Notes under the pieces: model-generated
Database searches by the model: none
What the model was told of the DNA's origin: nothing
What the model saw: only the letters and a program-made list of their open reading frames with translations
Part shown: piece by piece, positions 1 through 10,007 of the stretch
Layout of the letters: every line of letters begins with the position of its first letter
Position numbering within the stretch: the stretch's first letter is position 1
Source of the DNA: Nitrospirota bacterium
Lineage (GTDB): Bacteria > Nitrospirota > UBA9217
Direction: 5' to 3'
Assembly: GCA_963790205.1 (NCBI GenBank)
Contig: CAWBNQ010000003.1
Location: 576,001 to 640,000, forward strand
DNA: 64,000 bases
Translations under genes and position numbers: made by a program

Positions 1-2091
1 TTCGAAAAGACGACCGGTGCAGTGCTCAAGAAATTCTATGACACATGGTATGCACCGAACAATGCCATTCTTATTATTGCGGGAGATGTAGTGCCGGCCA
101 GGACCCTGGAAAAGGTGAAGGAACTGTTCGAATCGATCCCCGCGAGACCCTTACCGCCGCGCCCGGAGATTCACCTTGAGGCGCTCAGGCCTACTTCGAT
201 CAAGCTCGATACCGACCTGCCCTATGGACTTGCCATCGTGGCATTCCGCTTGCCCGGCTACGACAGCCCTGACTATGCAGCGGGGCAAATCCTGTCTGAT
301 GTTCTGGACAGTCAGCGGGGAAGTCTCTATGAGCTGGTCACAGAAGGAAAAGCGCTCTTCACCGGATTCGACGGCGAGTCTCTTCCCAGGGCGTCGTTCG
401 GGTACGCTACAGCGGCATTTCCCTCCGGAGGGGATGGTTCTGCACTGGTCGCCACAATAAAAAGCATAGTCGCTGATTATGCGAAAAAAGGGGTTCCGGC
501 CGACATTGTCGAGGCGTCAAAACGCCATGAGGTCACGGACGCCGAATTTCAGTCCAACTCCATTTCCGGGCTCGCCGCAGTTTGGTCCCAGGCGCTAGCG
601 GTGGAGGGCCGCTCCTCTCCTGATGACGATATCGCGGCGATCAAAAAAGTGACCGTGGCAGATGTGAACCGCGTTCTCAGGGAATACCTCGTGAATGATA
701 CCGCGATTACAGCCGTTCTTACACCGCGCCCCTCGGGGAAGCCGGTGTCAGCAAAAGGATTTGGCGGCAAGGAATCGTTCGCCCCGGCGAAGACCACCCA
801 TGCCGAACTTCCTGATTGGGCGAAAAGGGTCGCATCATTGCCCGGCGTCCCGGTTTCAAGAGTCAAACCCACGGTCTCTACATTGCCCAATGGTATCCGC
901 TTGATCGTTCAACCGGAAAATGTCAGCCCTACAGTAACCGTCATGGGGCAGATCAAGAACAAGCCGGAGCTCGAGGAACCCGCGGGAAAAGAAGGGGTCG
1001 CCGATGTTCTGCAAGGCCTGTTTTCTTACGGCACGACATCCCTCGACAGGCTTGCGTTTCAGAAGGCACAGGACGACATCGGAGCAAACATTTCGGCCGG
1101 CACGAGTTTTTCGCTCAGGGTTCTCTCAGACCAATTTGACCGCGGCATGGCGCTTCTTGCCGACAATCTGCTGCACCCCGCCCTTCCTGATTCCGCGTTC
1201 GAGACCGTGCGGCAGGAAAAATTAAGTTCTTTGCCCGGCCTGCTTAGAAGTCCTTCTTATATTTCACGGCGCGCACTGCGTGAAGCGCTCTATCCCAAAA
1301 ATGATCCATCGCTCCGTCAGGCCTTGCCCGAGACGGTAAGCAAGCTGTCGTTGCAAGACGTCAGGTCTTATTACGATACGGTCTTTCGCCCCGACCTGAC
1401 GACGGTCGTTGTCATCGGTCGGATAACTCCCGAGCTGGCCAGGGGCACAATTGAAAAGTATCTCGGTTCATGGAAGGCGCACGGCAGCAAACCGGAGACG
1501 GACCTCCCTCCGGTGCCGCCAAACAAGCCATTTTTAGCCGCGGTGCCCGATGCAAGCAGGGTCCAGGATCAGGTTACCTTGGCGGAGACGATCGGCATCA
1601 CGCGTTCCCACCCGGATTATTACAAACTTACGCTCGGCAACCATGTGTTGTCAGGCGCATTTTACGCTTCCCGGCTGTACCACGATCTGCGAGAGCAGGC
1701 CGGCCTGGTCTACACGGTAGAGTCCTTCATCGAAGCGAGAAAGACCCGCTCGCTTTTCGGGGTCTTCTTTGCCTGCGATCCTCCGAACGTAGCCAAGGCC
1801 CGTGCCATGGTGGAACATAACCTGAGAGCAATGCAGACTGCCCCTGTTACGCAAGCTGAATTGCTGCAGGCCAAAATCCTGCTCTTACGGCAACTGCCCC
1901 TTTCAGAAGCGAGCACGGACAGTATCGCGGGCGGAATGCTTGCCCGTTCCGAGGAGGGTTTGCCTCTGGACGAGCCTGTGCGGGCTGCCGAACAGTACCT
2001 GCACCTTACGTCGAAACAGGTGCAGAAAGCCTTTGCCAAATGGATCCGGCCCGCGGGGTTTGTTCAAGTGACTTTTGGGCCGAACCCATGA
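1..2091 (+). CDS. M16 family (pitrilysin-like) zinc peptidase, 5'-truncated by window edge
   Basis: FYDTWYAPNNAILIIAGD, LPNGIRLIV and SRLYHDLREQAGLVY motifs of tandem M16 domains; frame open from window start. Confidence 0.85.
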   Translation, partial: FEKTTGAVLKKFYDTWYAPNNAILIIAGDVVPARTLEKVKELFESIPARPLPPRPEIHLEALRPTSIKLDTDLPYGLAIVAFRLPGYDSPDYAAGQILSDVLDSQRGSLYELVTEGKALFTGFDGESLPRASFGYATAAFPSGGDGSALVATIKSIVADYAKKGVPADIVEASKRHEVTDAEFQSNSISGLAAVWSQALAVEGRSSPDDDIAAIKKVTVADVNRVLREYLVNDTAITAVLTPRPSGKPVSAKGFGGKESFAPAKTTHAELPDWAKRVASLPGVPVSRVKPTVSTLPNGIRLIVQPENVSPTVTVMGQIKNKPELEEPAGKEGVADVLQGLFSYGTTSLDRLAFQKAQDDIGANISAGTSFSLRVLSDQFDRGMALLADNLLHPALPDSAFETVRQEKLSSLPGLLRSPSYISRRALREALYPKNDPSLRQALPETVSKLSLQDVRSYYDTVFRPDLTTVVVIGRITPELARGTIEKYLGSWKAHGSKPETDLPPVPPNKPFLAAVPDASRVQDQVTLAETIGITRSHPDYYKLTLGNHVLSGAFYASRLYHDLREQAGLVYTVESFIEARKTRSLFGVFFACDPPNVAKARAMVEHNLRAMQTAPVTQAELLQAKILLLRQLPLSEASTDSIAGGMLARSEEGLPLDEPVRAAEQYLHLTSKQVQKAFAKWIRPAGFVQVTFGPNP

Positions 2092-2398
2092 AAGCGTAAC
2101 CGCGAATAAAAGAGTTTGGAATGATACACGCCCAAGTATCAGTTTCAAACAAGTACTCCTGGGCATGATAGGCATTACGCTTCTTTCGCTTCCTCTGCCC
2201 GTCTGAGGGACCGGGGCACAAAACGAACCAATCGGTTGACGCTGTTGTGCGCGAAATCGTTTATGCATACCGTGGATAGCCGGTACGGGAGAATATTCAC
2301 GCGCTCTCCGCGACTTTGGTTTGATTGACCATTTTGGAATTGAGAGCTATCATATGAATTGGCAGTAGCGAATAGCACGCTCTTCAGCGTGAAAGGAG

Positions 2399-2806
2399 GT
2401 GCGGATCATGATCCGTAATATATTTACGAAAAAAGGATCGGCCAAGGCGGCAATGCTGCTGACCGGGCTCGTTGTTCTGGTCGCTGCCGCGCTTATTGTG
2501 CTGTCCTTTGCCAATACGGCCTTTACCCGGGGAAGCATGCAAGCGGGAGAAAAGGTCGCCCTTATTAAAGGAGAGGTTGTGGCCATAGATACCGTGAGAC
2601 ATTTAACGGTACTGACCGTTCAGTCCGGCGAGATAGGCCAGTTCCCGAATGATCAGATGCACATCTATTTAAATCCGAATACTATGGTGAAAATCTGCAA
2701 AGCAACCGAACCTGCTAAAGACATAAAGGTCGACTATAATGCGACCATCAAGTATCACGAGTTAGGCGGCTTGGCCGTTGCCAACAGCGCTTCAGAGCGC
2801 TGCTGA
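2399..2806 (+). CDS. hypothetical exported protein (N-terminal hydrophobic helix, small beta domain)
   Basis: AAGGAGG at the start region, signal/TM segment, followed by a terminator; exact start codon uncertain. Confidence 0.65.
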   Translation: MRIMIRNIFTKKGSAKAAMLLTGLVVLVAAALIVLSFANTAFTRGSMQAGEKVALIKGEVVAIDTVRHLTVLTVQSGEIGQFPNDQMHIYLNPNTMVKICKATEPAKDIKVDYNATIKYHELGGLAVANSASERC

Positions 2807-2820
2807 GAATGTTTCATCCC

Positions 2821-2862
2821 GAAAGGCTCCGTACCTGTGTACCGGTGCGGAGCCTTTCTTTT
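2821..2862 (+). terminator. intrinsic terminator
   Basis: GAAAGGCTCCGTACC...GGTGCGGAGCCTTTC stem followed by T-tract. Confidence 0.75.
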
Positions 2863-3175
2863 GCGATAAACGCGGTGAGGCGTATTGTCGATACTCCGGC
2901 GGTCCTTCCTCGGTGGCGCTCGGCGCTTCGGCCCGTAACGAGCGCCCCCCAGCTCAAATGAAAAATACTGTCATTCCTGAATCGCATGCATGATGCAGTG
3001 CGTCTGACGACACCATGTTCGCGCCGGATCAGAAGCACAATAACAATATCCAGGCAGGTCAACAGCAGCAAAAAAGCGCCGAATGGATCGCTGCAAGGGT
3101 CGGCAAAATTCAGGAAGACCGTCTCAGGAGCGGCTGCGACGCGATTGCGCACAGTTCGGAAGGCAGGAAGATTCG

Positions 3176-5578
3176 TCAGTCCTCTACGACCGTGACCGAG
3201 TAGTCCACGCCTTCCCATTTATTCTGATCAGGCCGGTAGATCGTGAATAAGATCATGCCGCCCGCGGAAAGGTCTTTCGAAGGCAGGTCCGTCACATGAA
3301 CGCCGAGTCCGGTATCGCGCGTCTCGCTGTCCTTTGCCGTCCGCCAATAGTCCGCGCTCCAGTGGACCACGGCCGCCTGAAGTGTCTCAATGCGCAATAT
3401 CCTGCCCGCTTTCATGGTGCGGATCTTGTGATTATAACGCCAGAGGGAGTGGAGAGGCCCTCTCTTCTCAACCTGGTAGCGCTGTACGGTCTGGGGAGGC
3501 ATGCCGAAAACCCTGTTGTCGCGGAGGGAGCGGAGCAGCATCACGTATTCCGCGTGGGCCCACACGAGCGGCATGGCAGAGCCGGACGGCCTGCCGAAAA
3601 AAAGTTCCCGCCCAGGAATGTCTGCCGCGTCCCATATCTGCTCGGGGATGAGACCTCCTGCATTGGCCGTGGATGCTAATGCACGAAGAAGCCTTTCCGC
3701 CCCGCTCTTCCTGCCTGCGGCAAGCTCATAGTGCGCCCGCTCGCCCGCAATCAGGGGCCATGCCCTTCCGATACCGGTCCCGTCAAAAGGAGAACCATCG
3801 CCATGCTCGCCGTACCCGTCGTCATTATACCGGCGCCAGAGAGAGCCATAGGGCATATCCACTTTGAGCAGCGAATCGATGACCCTCACGGTGTTCAGAA
3901 TCCTGGGATCATCTGCTCGCCGGAGACCGAAGCGGACGAGCGCGAGGGCATCGGGACTCACGATCGCCGAAGCGGGCAGGCTGCTCTGGCCCGGGGGCCG
4001 GTTCTTGATCGTGACAAAACCTCCGGCCGGCGACGATGCGTCGGAGACCTCGGGAGGAGCGATCCGCACATAGTAGCCCTTTACTCCCGTCTTTTTTGCA
4101 AGGTCCGTCCCTTTCACATAGATCCACTGTTCGATGCTGTCGTTCCAGAAGTCCGCCGTTTCCCGCAAGTATGCAGCAACTTCCGGCTCATGATTGAGCT
4201 CCGACAGATCGGCTGCGCAGAGCAGGGCCGCGATCTCCGCGGCAAGGGTGAAGGGAGAGTAGCCCGGGTCCTCCTCCCACCGGTCCTGCTGCGTCACCGG
4301 ACCGTTTTGGACGATGAAGGACGCAGCCCGTTTCACCATGGGCCACAGCCGCTGCTGCTCCCCCTGGTCAAGCGCTTGTTCCCGCCTCGCAAGATCAACG
4401 AGGAGGATCGGGAGCGCTGTCTCATCCATCTGGATGCCGCCCCAATAGGGACTGCCGTCGAGCCACATGTTCTGGGGCCAATGGCCGTCCGCTTCCTGCG
4501 TGGACTGAAGATAATGGAGCACTCTTCGCGCGTCCTCATGCGCTCCTGCCGCCAGGAGCCCTGATGCGGTTTCCACAAGATCACGGGGCCAGGCAAGATG
4601 GTACCCTCCCAGATCGTCGTCGCCCTTGGAAAAACCCCAGGGCACCGAGAGGCTCGCGATCAAACCTCCGGGAGAGTTCTTGGCCTCGTGGGTCCGCATG
4701 ACTGCCGTGCTGGTCCGGTAGAGAGCGTCCTGTCCGTCTCCGCCAAGCGGAAGCAACGTCTGCTGCCATGCTTGCCACTCGTTGACATAATCCTTTTTTG
4801 CGCGTTCGAATCCGTCGGACAGACTCGCCAAAGCCCGGTTTCCTGCTTCGGCAGCATTCCTCCCGAAAGCGAGAGCAAGCGTAAATGCTCCCTGTGCAGC
4901 TTGCATATCGATCTCTCCGATGAGCGCGATATTCCCGTTCTCTGCCCGATCATAGGTCCAGGTCATCTGTTTATGCTGTGAAAGGTCCTGCCATCCGTCG
5001 GACGCGCCGACAAAGCCTGCGGACCTCTTGAGCCATGGCACCGAGCAGGCAAGAGCAAGCGTAATCCCCGCCCGTTCGGCAAAAAGCATCGGCACTCCCT
5101 TGTAGTCGCCGAGCCAGCCATTGTTTCCCCATCCCCCATTCGCGATGTGCGGAGCGAGCAGCGTGTAGACATGGTATGTTTCCAAGGACCCCTGAAGCGG
5201 CATGAAGCGCGTCTGCTGCAGCAGTACCTCGCGCCAGGAGTCGGTCAATACCTCTTTCTCGATCCGGTAGCGGCCGTCCTCGCTCGTATTCTCAATATGA
5301 TAAGCAGGGACCCCCGGAGCGAGTTGAGCAATGGAATGCCGCGTACTTCTTTTCTCGTCGGAGAAATATTCCGCGCCGTCCGTAACCAGCATTCCCATGT
5401 CGCGGGTGCATGCCTGGTCCATACGAGGATAGTAGATTTCGTTCATTATGCCGTGGCTCACGGTGAACCAGACGCGGCTTGCGGGGTTCAGGGACGCGCC
5501 GACGCCGTCCTTTGCGCTCGACGTCCAGCGCGGCGGAATCCCGGGCCAGCCGGGAGCGTAACGATATTCTTTACTCAT
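3176..5578 (-). CDS. GH15 glucoamylase / glucan 1,4-alpha-glucosidase with glucodextranase N-domain
   Basis: APGWPGIPPRWTSSAK N-terminus, GGYHLAWPRD, QDRWEE, RYNDDGYGE and LVWAHAEY motifs; ATG at 5578 overlaps upstream stop. Confidence 0.9.
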   Translation of the reverse strand: MSKEYRYAPGWPGIPPRWTSSAKDGVGASLNPASRVWFTVSHGIMNEIYYPRMDQACTRDMGMLVTDGAEYFSDEKRSTRHSIAQLAPGVPAYHIENTSEDGRYRIEKEVLTDSWREVLLQQTRFMPLQGSLETYHVYTLLAPHIANGGWGNNGWLGDYKGVPMLFAERAGITLALACSVPWLKRSAGFVGASDGWQDLSQHKQMTWTYDRAENGNIALIGEIDMQAAQGAFTLALAFGRNAAEAGNRALASLSDGFERAKKDYVNEWQAWQQTLLPLGGDGQDALYRTSTAVMRTHEAKNSPGGLIASLSVPWGFSKGDDDLGGYHLAWPRDLVETASGLLAAGAHEDARRVLHYLQSTQEADGHWPQNMWLDGSPYWGGIQMDETALPILLVDLARREQALDQGEQQRLWPMVKRAASFIVQNGPVTQQDRWEEDPGYSPFTLAAEIAALLCAADLSELNHEPEVAAYLRETADFWNDSIEQWIYVKGTDLAKKTGVKGYYVRIAPPEVSDASSPAGGFVTIKNRPPGQSSLPASAIVSPDALALVRFGLRRADDPRILNTVRVIDSLLKVDMPYGSLWRRYNDDGYGEHGDGSPFDGTGIGRAWPLIAGERAHYELAAGRKSGAERLLRALASTANAGGLIPEQIWDAADIPGRELFFGRPSGSAMPLVWAHAEYVMLLRSLRDNRVFGMPPQTVQRYQVEKRGPLHSLWRYNHKIRTMKAGRILRIETLQAAVVHWSADYWRTAKDSETRDTGLGVHVTDLPSKDLSAGGMILFTIYRPDQNKWEGVDYSVTVVED

Positions 5579-6680
5579 GGGACCACTCCAATACGACTTT
5601 GATCTCATCCGCTTCATGACGCGTTAATGCAAGTTGAAATTCCGCAAAGGGTCGGCGATGTGAAATGAGGCGCGTCACATGGTCTCCCCAGGCAAGCCGT
5701 GCGCGAACGAGGTCGTCAACAGCCATTTGAAAGTGATCGCGGGAAGCGTTCACGCTTCCGATCATCACCTGATTTCCGAGCACGAGCCTTCGTATCAAGT
5801 CTGCGCCGTCGAGCTGGAGAGGCCGGTCTCCGCCGGGAATGCCGGTGAGCACATAGACGCCGTTCTTGCCGAGCGCGTCGAGCAGGTTGAATTCGAGCGC
5901 GGCAACGCCTGTCGCCTCAAGGAGCAAATCCATCTGCCCCAGTTCGCGTTCGACCTTGTCAGGAGGGATTTTCCGGCCGTCCACGTACGAGCCGCCAATA
6001 TGAGCGAGCCATTGCGGACGGGCGCTGTCCGCGTCCACGACATCGAGGCCGTAGACCTTTGCCCCGCGAAGGCGCAAAGCGACGGCCGCCAGAAGCCCGA
6101 TTGGGCCGAGGCCTGCCACGAGGCAGCGGCGGCCGTAGAGCCAGTTGGGCGTTGCGGCAGCTTCAGGCAGGCGTGCTGATTGGATGCGGACAGACTCGTC
6201 GATGGCCTTCTCGGCAACCGAGAGCGGCTCGGTAAGCACGCCTACCGGCTCAAGATCGGCGGGCACGCGGACGACATACTGCTCCCTGTCCACGGCAAAT
6301 TCAGTCTGATACCCGTCCATGCCCCAAATGCCCCGCTCATGATAGTTGCCGGTAAGACACATGTCCGAGCGATTCATCAGGCAGGGCAGGCATTCACCGC
6401 ACCCGCGGCGTACCGTGAACACGGCATAGTCGCCGGGCTTCACCCGGGTCGCGGATTTTCCTGTTTCTACGACCCGGCCGAACATCTCGTGGCCGATCAC
6501 AAGCTCTTTTCGACCTTGCGGGGCCATGGCCCGTCCCCCTGAAGTCTCTTCACGGTCTGTGCCGCAGATGCCCACGCGAAGAATCCGCACTTTCACGTCG
6601 TCAAGAGAAGTGATGGCCGGTTCGGGAAGATCGGTCAGCCTGATCGCAGGTGTGCCGGGTGTAAGAGCGACTGCTTTCAT
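5571..6680 (-). CDS. zinc-dependent glucose 1-dehydrogenase (MDR family)
   Basis: GICGTD, GHE, CxxCxxC...C zinc site, GLGPIG and GSVNAS motifs; TAATG coupling to the MFS gene. Confidence 0.85.
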   Translation of the reverse strand: MKAVALTPGTPAIRLTDLPEPAITSLDDVKVRILRVGICGTDREETSGGRAMAPQGRKELVIGHEMFGRVVETGKSATRVKPGDYAVFTVRRGCGECLPCLMNRSDMCLTGNYHERGIWGMDGYQTEFAVDREQYVVRVPADLEPVGVLTEPLSVAEKAIDESVRIQSARLPEAAATPNWLYGRRCLVAGLGPIGLLAAVALRLRGAKVYGLDVVDADSARPQWLAHIGGSYVDGRKIPPDKVERELGQMDLLLEATGVAALEFNLLDALGKNGVYVLTGIPGGDRPLQLDGADLIRRLVLGNQVMIGSVNASRDHFQMAVDDLVRARLAWGDHVTRLISHRRPFAEFQLALTRHEADEIKVVLEWSHE

Positions 6681-7942
6681 TAATGTACCTCCTTGCGTTC
6701 CTGAATTGCCGGATGGGAATTGAATCGTGTAATAATGAGCACAATAAAACCGGCGCCGACTCCGATTATTCCCATGATGGGAATTGCGACATAACCCCAC
6801 AGATTCGCTGCCCATCCTCCCAGGATGGCACCGATGACGCCGGACAGCGAGGTAACAGCGTTAAAGATGCCCATCCCTTCTCCTTCGTTTTCCGGGGAAA
6901 GGGAAGCGACCAGTGCCGTGCTGCTCACGCTGAGCAAGGACCATGCAAGAACGACAAAAAGAAAGAACAGCATGGCGAGCCATCCTCGTCCGCCGAGCTG
7001 CGCGATTGCAAGAACAGTCAGCACAAGAAAAGCAGTAATACGCAGGGCAAGTGCGTCCCGAAGTATCGGCAGCGGCCCTCTCCGCGCAGACCATTTTCCC
7101 GCCGGCGCATACAGGATGAGTCCCAGCCCAGCGGCCAGGGCGTATCCTGTCGACGACAGTCCCGGCAGAACCCCGTATACCTTCTGCATCAAAACGGGAT
7201 AGAAGGAAAAAAATGCTGCACTGCCTGAAAAGCTCATTAGCCAGGCGATCAAAAAAAGACCGAAGGGCGTCCTGAAAGGCGCGAAAAACGTCCTCATGCC
7301 CTGCAAGGTCAGATGGTGGTAAAGGTGCTGGGGAGAGCCGGCAGGCCACTCGGCATGGTGCGCGGGGAGTGAGAGAACAGGCCGGCGCTGCAGGAGGACA
7401 CCCGGCTTCGACCGCGTTCCGAACGCGGCCGGAATGATTGCAGCGATTCCTATCCCCCCGGCAAGCCAAAGACCGAATTCAGGCTCGCTCTGGCCGATCA
7501 CTCCTGCGAGCGCCAGTCCTATGACCTGACCGCCGCCGTAAAAGGTCTGGAGCCAGCCGATGCGCGCGTCCCACTCTGACTCCGGATGGACCTCCACGAT
7601 AAAGAGGTTCGCGACCGTGGAAGCTGACGCCAAACCGATGCCCGATATGAGCGCCAGCCCTGTCCGGTGTACAAGCGACAAGGTGAACGGGAAGACGGTT
7701 GCGCCGAGAGCTGTCCCGAGAAGGCCTCCGATGAGCAGCTGTCGGTGCAGCCGGAAACGGTCGGCAATCCCGCCCCACACCGGCGCGGTGAGGCCTCCCA
7801 GGCTGAATGCCGCCATGACAAGGCCGATGTCCGCGGCCCCGCTTGTCCGGCTGACAACAAGGGGCAGAAGGAGGGGGATCAGACCGGCGGCGGAAAACCC
7901 AAGCAATGCGTATGAAATATACCAGCTTTCAACCCACTTCAT
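6680..7942 (-). CDS. MFS transporter
   Basis: about 12 TM helices, WGGIADRFR motif A; ATG at 7942. Confidence 0.85.
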   Translation of the reverse strand: MKWVESWYISYALLGFSAAGLIPLLLPLVVSRTSGAADIGLVMAAFSLGGLTAPVWGGIADRFRLHRQLLIGGLLGTALGATVFPFTLSLVHRTGLALISGIGLASASTVANLFIVEVHPESEWDARIGWLQTFYGGGQVIGLALAGVIGQSEPEFGLWLAGGIGIAAIIPAAFGTRSKPGVLLQRRPVLSLPAHHAEWPAGSPQHLYHHLTLQGMRTFFAPFRTPFGLFLIAWLMSFSGSAAFFSFYPVLMQKVYGVLPGLSSTGYALAAGLGLILYAPAGKWSARRGPLPILRDALALRITAFLVLTVLAIAQLGGRGWLAMLFFLFVVLAWSLLSVSSTALVASLSPENEGEGMGIFNAVTSLSGVIGAILGGWAANLWGYVAIPIMGIIGVGAGFIVLIITRFNSHPAIQERKEVH

Positions 7943-8209
7943 ACAATTACCCGATGCCTTTCTTATAGAATTATATATCCATCTCTCTCTTCTTTCGCAG
8001 GGACCTGCCCTGCGCATCGCCATAAATGAACGCAAGAGGGAATGACCGTTTTGTGAAGATCGGCATCCGCGGGAGAGGCCCTGCCGAGGAGGTGCAATAC
8101 AGCCTCTGGAAATCCGCGGTGATCAAACCGGATGCTTCGCTATTCTCTGCTCTGCGGATCGTATAAGATATGGCCATCTTTTGCAGAGATGTGAACGTTG
8201 CGGTTTTGC

Positions 8210-8584
8210 TTATTCCCGTCGGGAGCTGTGAGGCTTCCTGATCTCGGCGGCGTCGGTAGTATTGAACGTGTAGGAGGTTACGACGTTGTTTGCATCAAAT
8301 CGGACTACAAGGTCTTTAGTTCTCGCCTCTCCGAACGCGCTGTAGTGGTAGCTCCCGTATGTCCAGGTCGGCTTGCCGTCGTCGATTCCCACCCTCCAGG
8401 GCCGGCCGAACATGTCCTGGATCTCAGCCTGGGTCGTTTTTCCTATCTGGATATCATATACTTTCGACGCGGGAAAATCGTGACCGATGGTCGCACATGC
8501 TGAGAGAGAAAGGATAAGGCTGACAACGAGTGCAAGTCCTATCGCTGTATGAGCCTTCTGCGCATTATTGTCCCCGATTGTCAT
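8210..8584 (-). CDS. SmpA/BamE-like lipoprotein
   Basis: lipobox LSAC and IQIGKTTQAEIQDMFGRP motif. Confidence 0.75.
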   Translation of the reverse strand: MTIGDNNAQKAHTAIGLALVVSLILSLSACATIGHDFPASKVYDIQIGKTTQAEIQDMFGRPWRVGIDDGKPTWTYGSYHYSAFGEARTKDLVVRFDANNVVTSYTFNTTDAAEIRKPHSSRRE

Positions 8585-10007
8585 TGCTGTTTTTCCCTCC
8601 TTCTCTTTTGATCTCGACTTCTTTTAGAATTATATCGCTTATTGGCTCATACTTCCCGCCGAAATGGTGTCCGCCGGGCATTGGAATGACCTTTGCCAAG
8701 CCCGGCCCCAGCAGGGGGCACAGGCTCCCCGCTTCTTCTGTCCCATACAAACAGATCACCTTTCGGTTTCGAAGCTTTTCGACTTCGGGCAACACCGGTT
8801 TTGCGCTCCCCCCTCCCGATTCGCCCAGCCACTCCGTGAGATGAAACTTGAACTCCGTTTTCCTGCCAGGTCCCAGGAGGACGATCTCACGCACCTGGTG
8901 AAGGAGGTCCGACGGCAAACGGTTCGCCATGAAGGGAAGCACCTCTGCGCCCAGGGAATAGCCGATAAGCAGAACATATTTTTTATTCCAGGTACGCTGA
9001 TAGTGCCGCAGAATCCTGGCAAGGTCTTCCGAAGCGCCCTCGGGCGTGCGCCTGGTCCAGAAATACTGAAGGGCGTTCAGCCCGACTACCGGGATCCCGC
9101 GTTCCGCGAGTGCACCCCCGACTTCCCGGTCCAGGCCGGCCCAACCGCCGTCGCCGGAGATGATAACGGCGAACAGGTCCGACCTGTCACCGTGCGCCGG
9201 GACCTCCACGAGGGGCAGGTCGTCCAGTAGGCCGCTCGCGACCCTTGTTGTTCCTTCTCCGGCCGCGAGCCGGTCAAAGGTTTTGTTAAGTTCCGGGAGC
9301 CGGTTCCTTTCCGCGGAAAATCCGCGCCCCACTTCCGAAAGGAAAACAATGTTCGCATCAGGAACGTCGCGCACGAACGAGCGTACCTCTGCATTGCCGC
9401 AGCCCCTGTCGATCGCGCCCTCCAGGACAATCCAGTGCCCCGAAAGTTTCCGGCTCGGCAGGAACACGGTCCTCTTGTTGTCGAGATCATGCTTCGATAC
9501 AAGCCCATAGCCTTGGCACAGGGGTTTCCTGATCAAGAGATCCGGGCAGAACTCCATGCTGATGCCTCCTTGAAAGGTATTCGGCGGGGCCTGGGCCAGC
9601 ACGGCATAGACCAGCGCTGCTCCGGATGCGTAGCCTGCAAGGATGGGGAGCTTATACTGCGGGAGGTCCAGCCTTTTCTGCACATACTTGCTCAGGGCCT
9701 CGAAGTCCGCCGCCGGGTACAGGCATCTCCCTTCGGATGATTCGAGGCTGTGCAGGTAACGCGTAAGGTCCACACCTGCGACAACAACGCCGGACCTGCT
9801 GAGGCTGTGGGCCATGTCCACCACTGCCTTGTTCCATCCGCCGTCCCCGGAGATGAAGAGCGCTATCGCGCGTGGCTGCGCTTGCGCCCGGTACAGGAGC
9901 ACCCTTCCGAAGGGCCCGAAGGTAAATGATTCCTCATCAGCAGGAGCCACGCCACGGCAACACAGGACCAGGGTTGCAACAACAAAGATAATACATAACC
10001 GGTTCAT
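8565..10007 (-). CDS. acvB: AcvB/VirJ family lysyl-phosphatidylglycerol hydrolase
   Basis: two SGDGGW alpha/beta-hydrolase repeats, GYSLG nucleophile motif, GGHHF; coupled to mprF. Confidence 0.85.
   Translation of the reverse strand: MNRLCIIFVVATLVLCCRGVAPADEESFTFGPFGRVLLYRAQAQPRAIALFISGDGGWNKAVVDMAHSLSRSGVVVAGVDLTRYLHSLESSEGRCLYPAADFEALSKYVQKRLDLPQYKLPILAGYASGAALVYAVLAQAPPNTFQGGISMEFCPDLLIRKPLCQGYGLVSKHDLDNKRTVFLPSRKLSGHWIVLEGAIDRGCGNAEVRSFVRDVPDANIVFLSEVGRGFSAERNRLPELNKTFDRLAAGEGTTRVASGLLDDLPLVEVPAHGDRSDLFAVIISGDGGWAGLDREVGGALAERGIPVVGLNALQYFWTRRTPEGASEDLARILRHYQRTWNKKYVLLIGYSLGAEVLPFMANRLPSDLLHQVREIVLLGPGRKTEFKFHLTEWLGESGGGSAKPVLPEVEKLRNRKVICLYGTEEAGSLCPLLGPGLAKVIPMPGGHHFGGKYEPISDIILKEVEIKREGGKNSNDNRGQ

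Noticed and set aside
2100..2390. possible riboswitch upstream of the 2399 ORF
   Set aside because: No recognisable c-di-GMP or other riboswitch consensus could be matched by eye.
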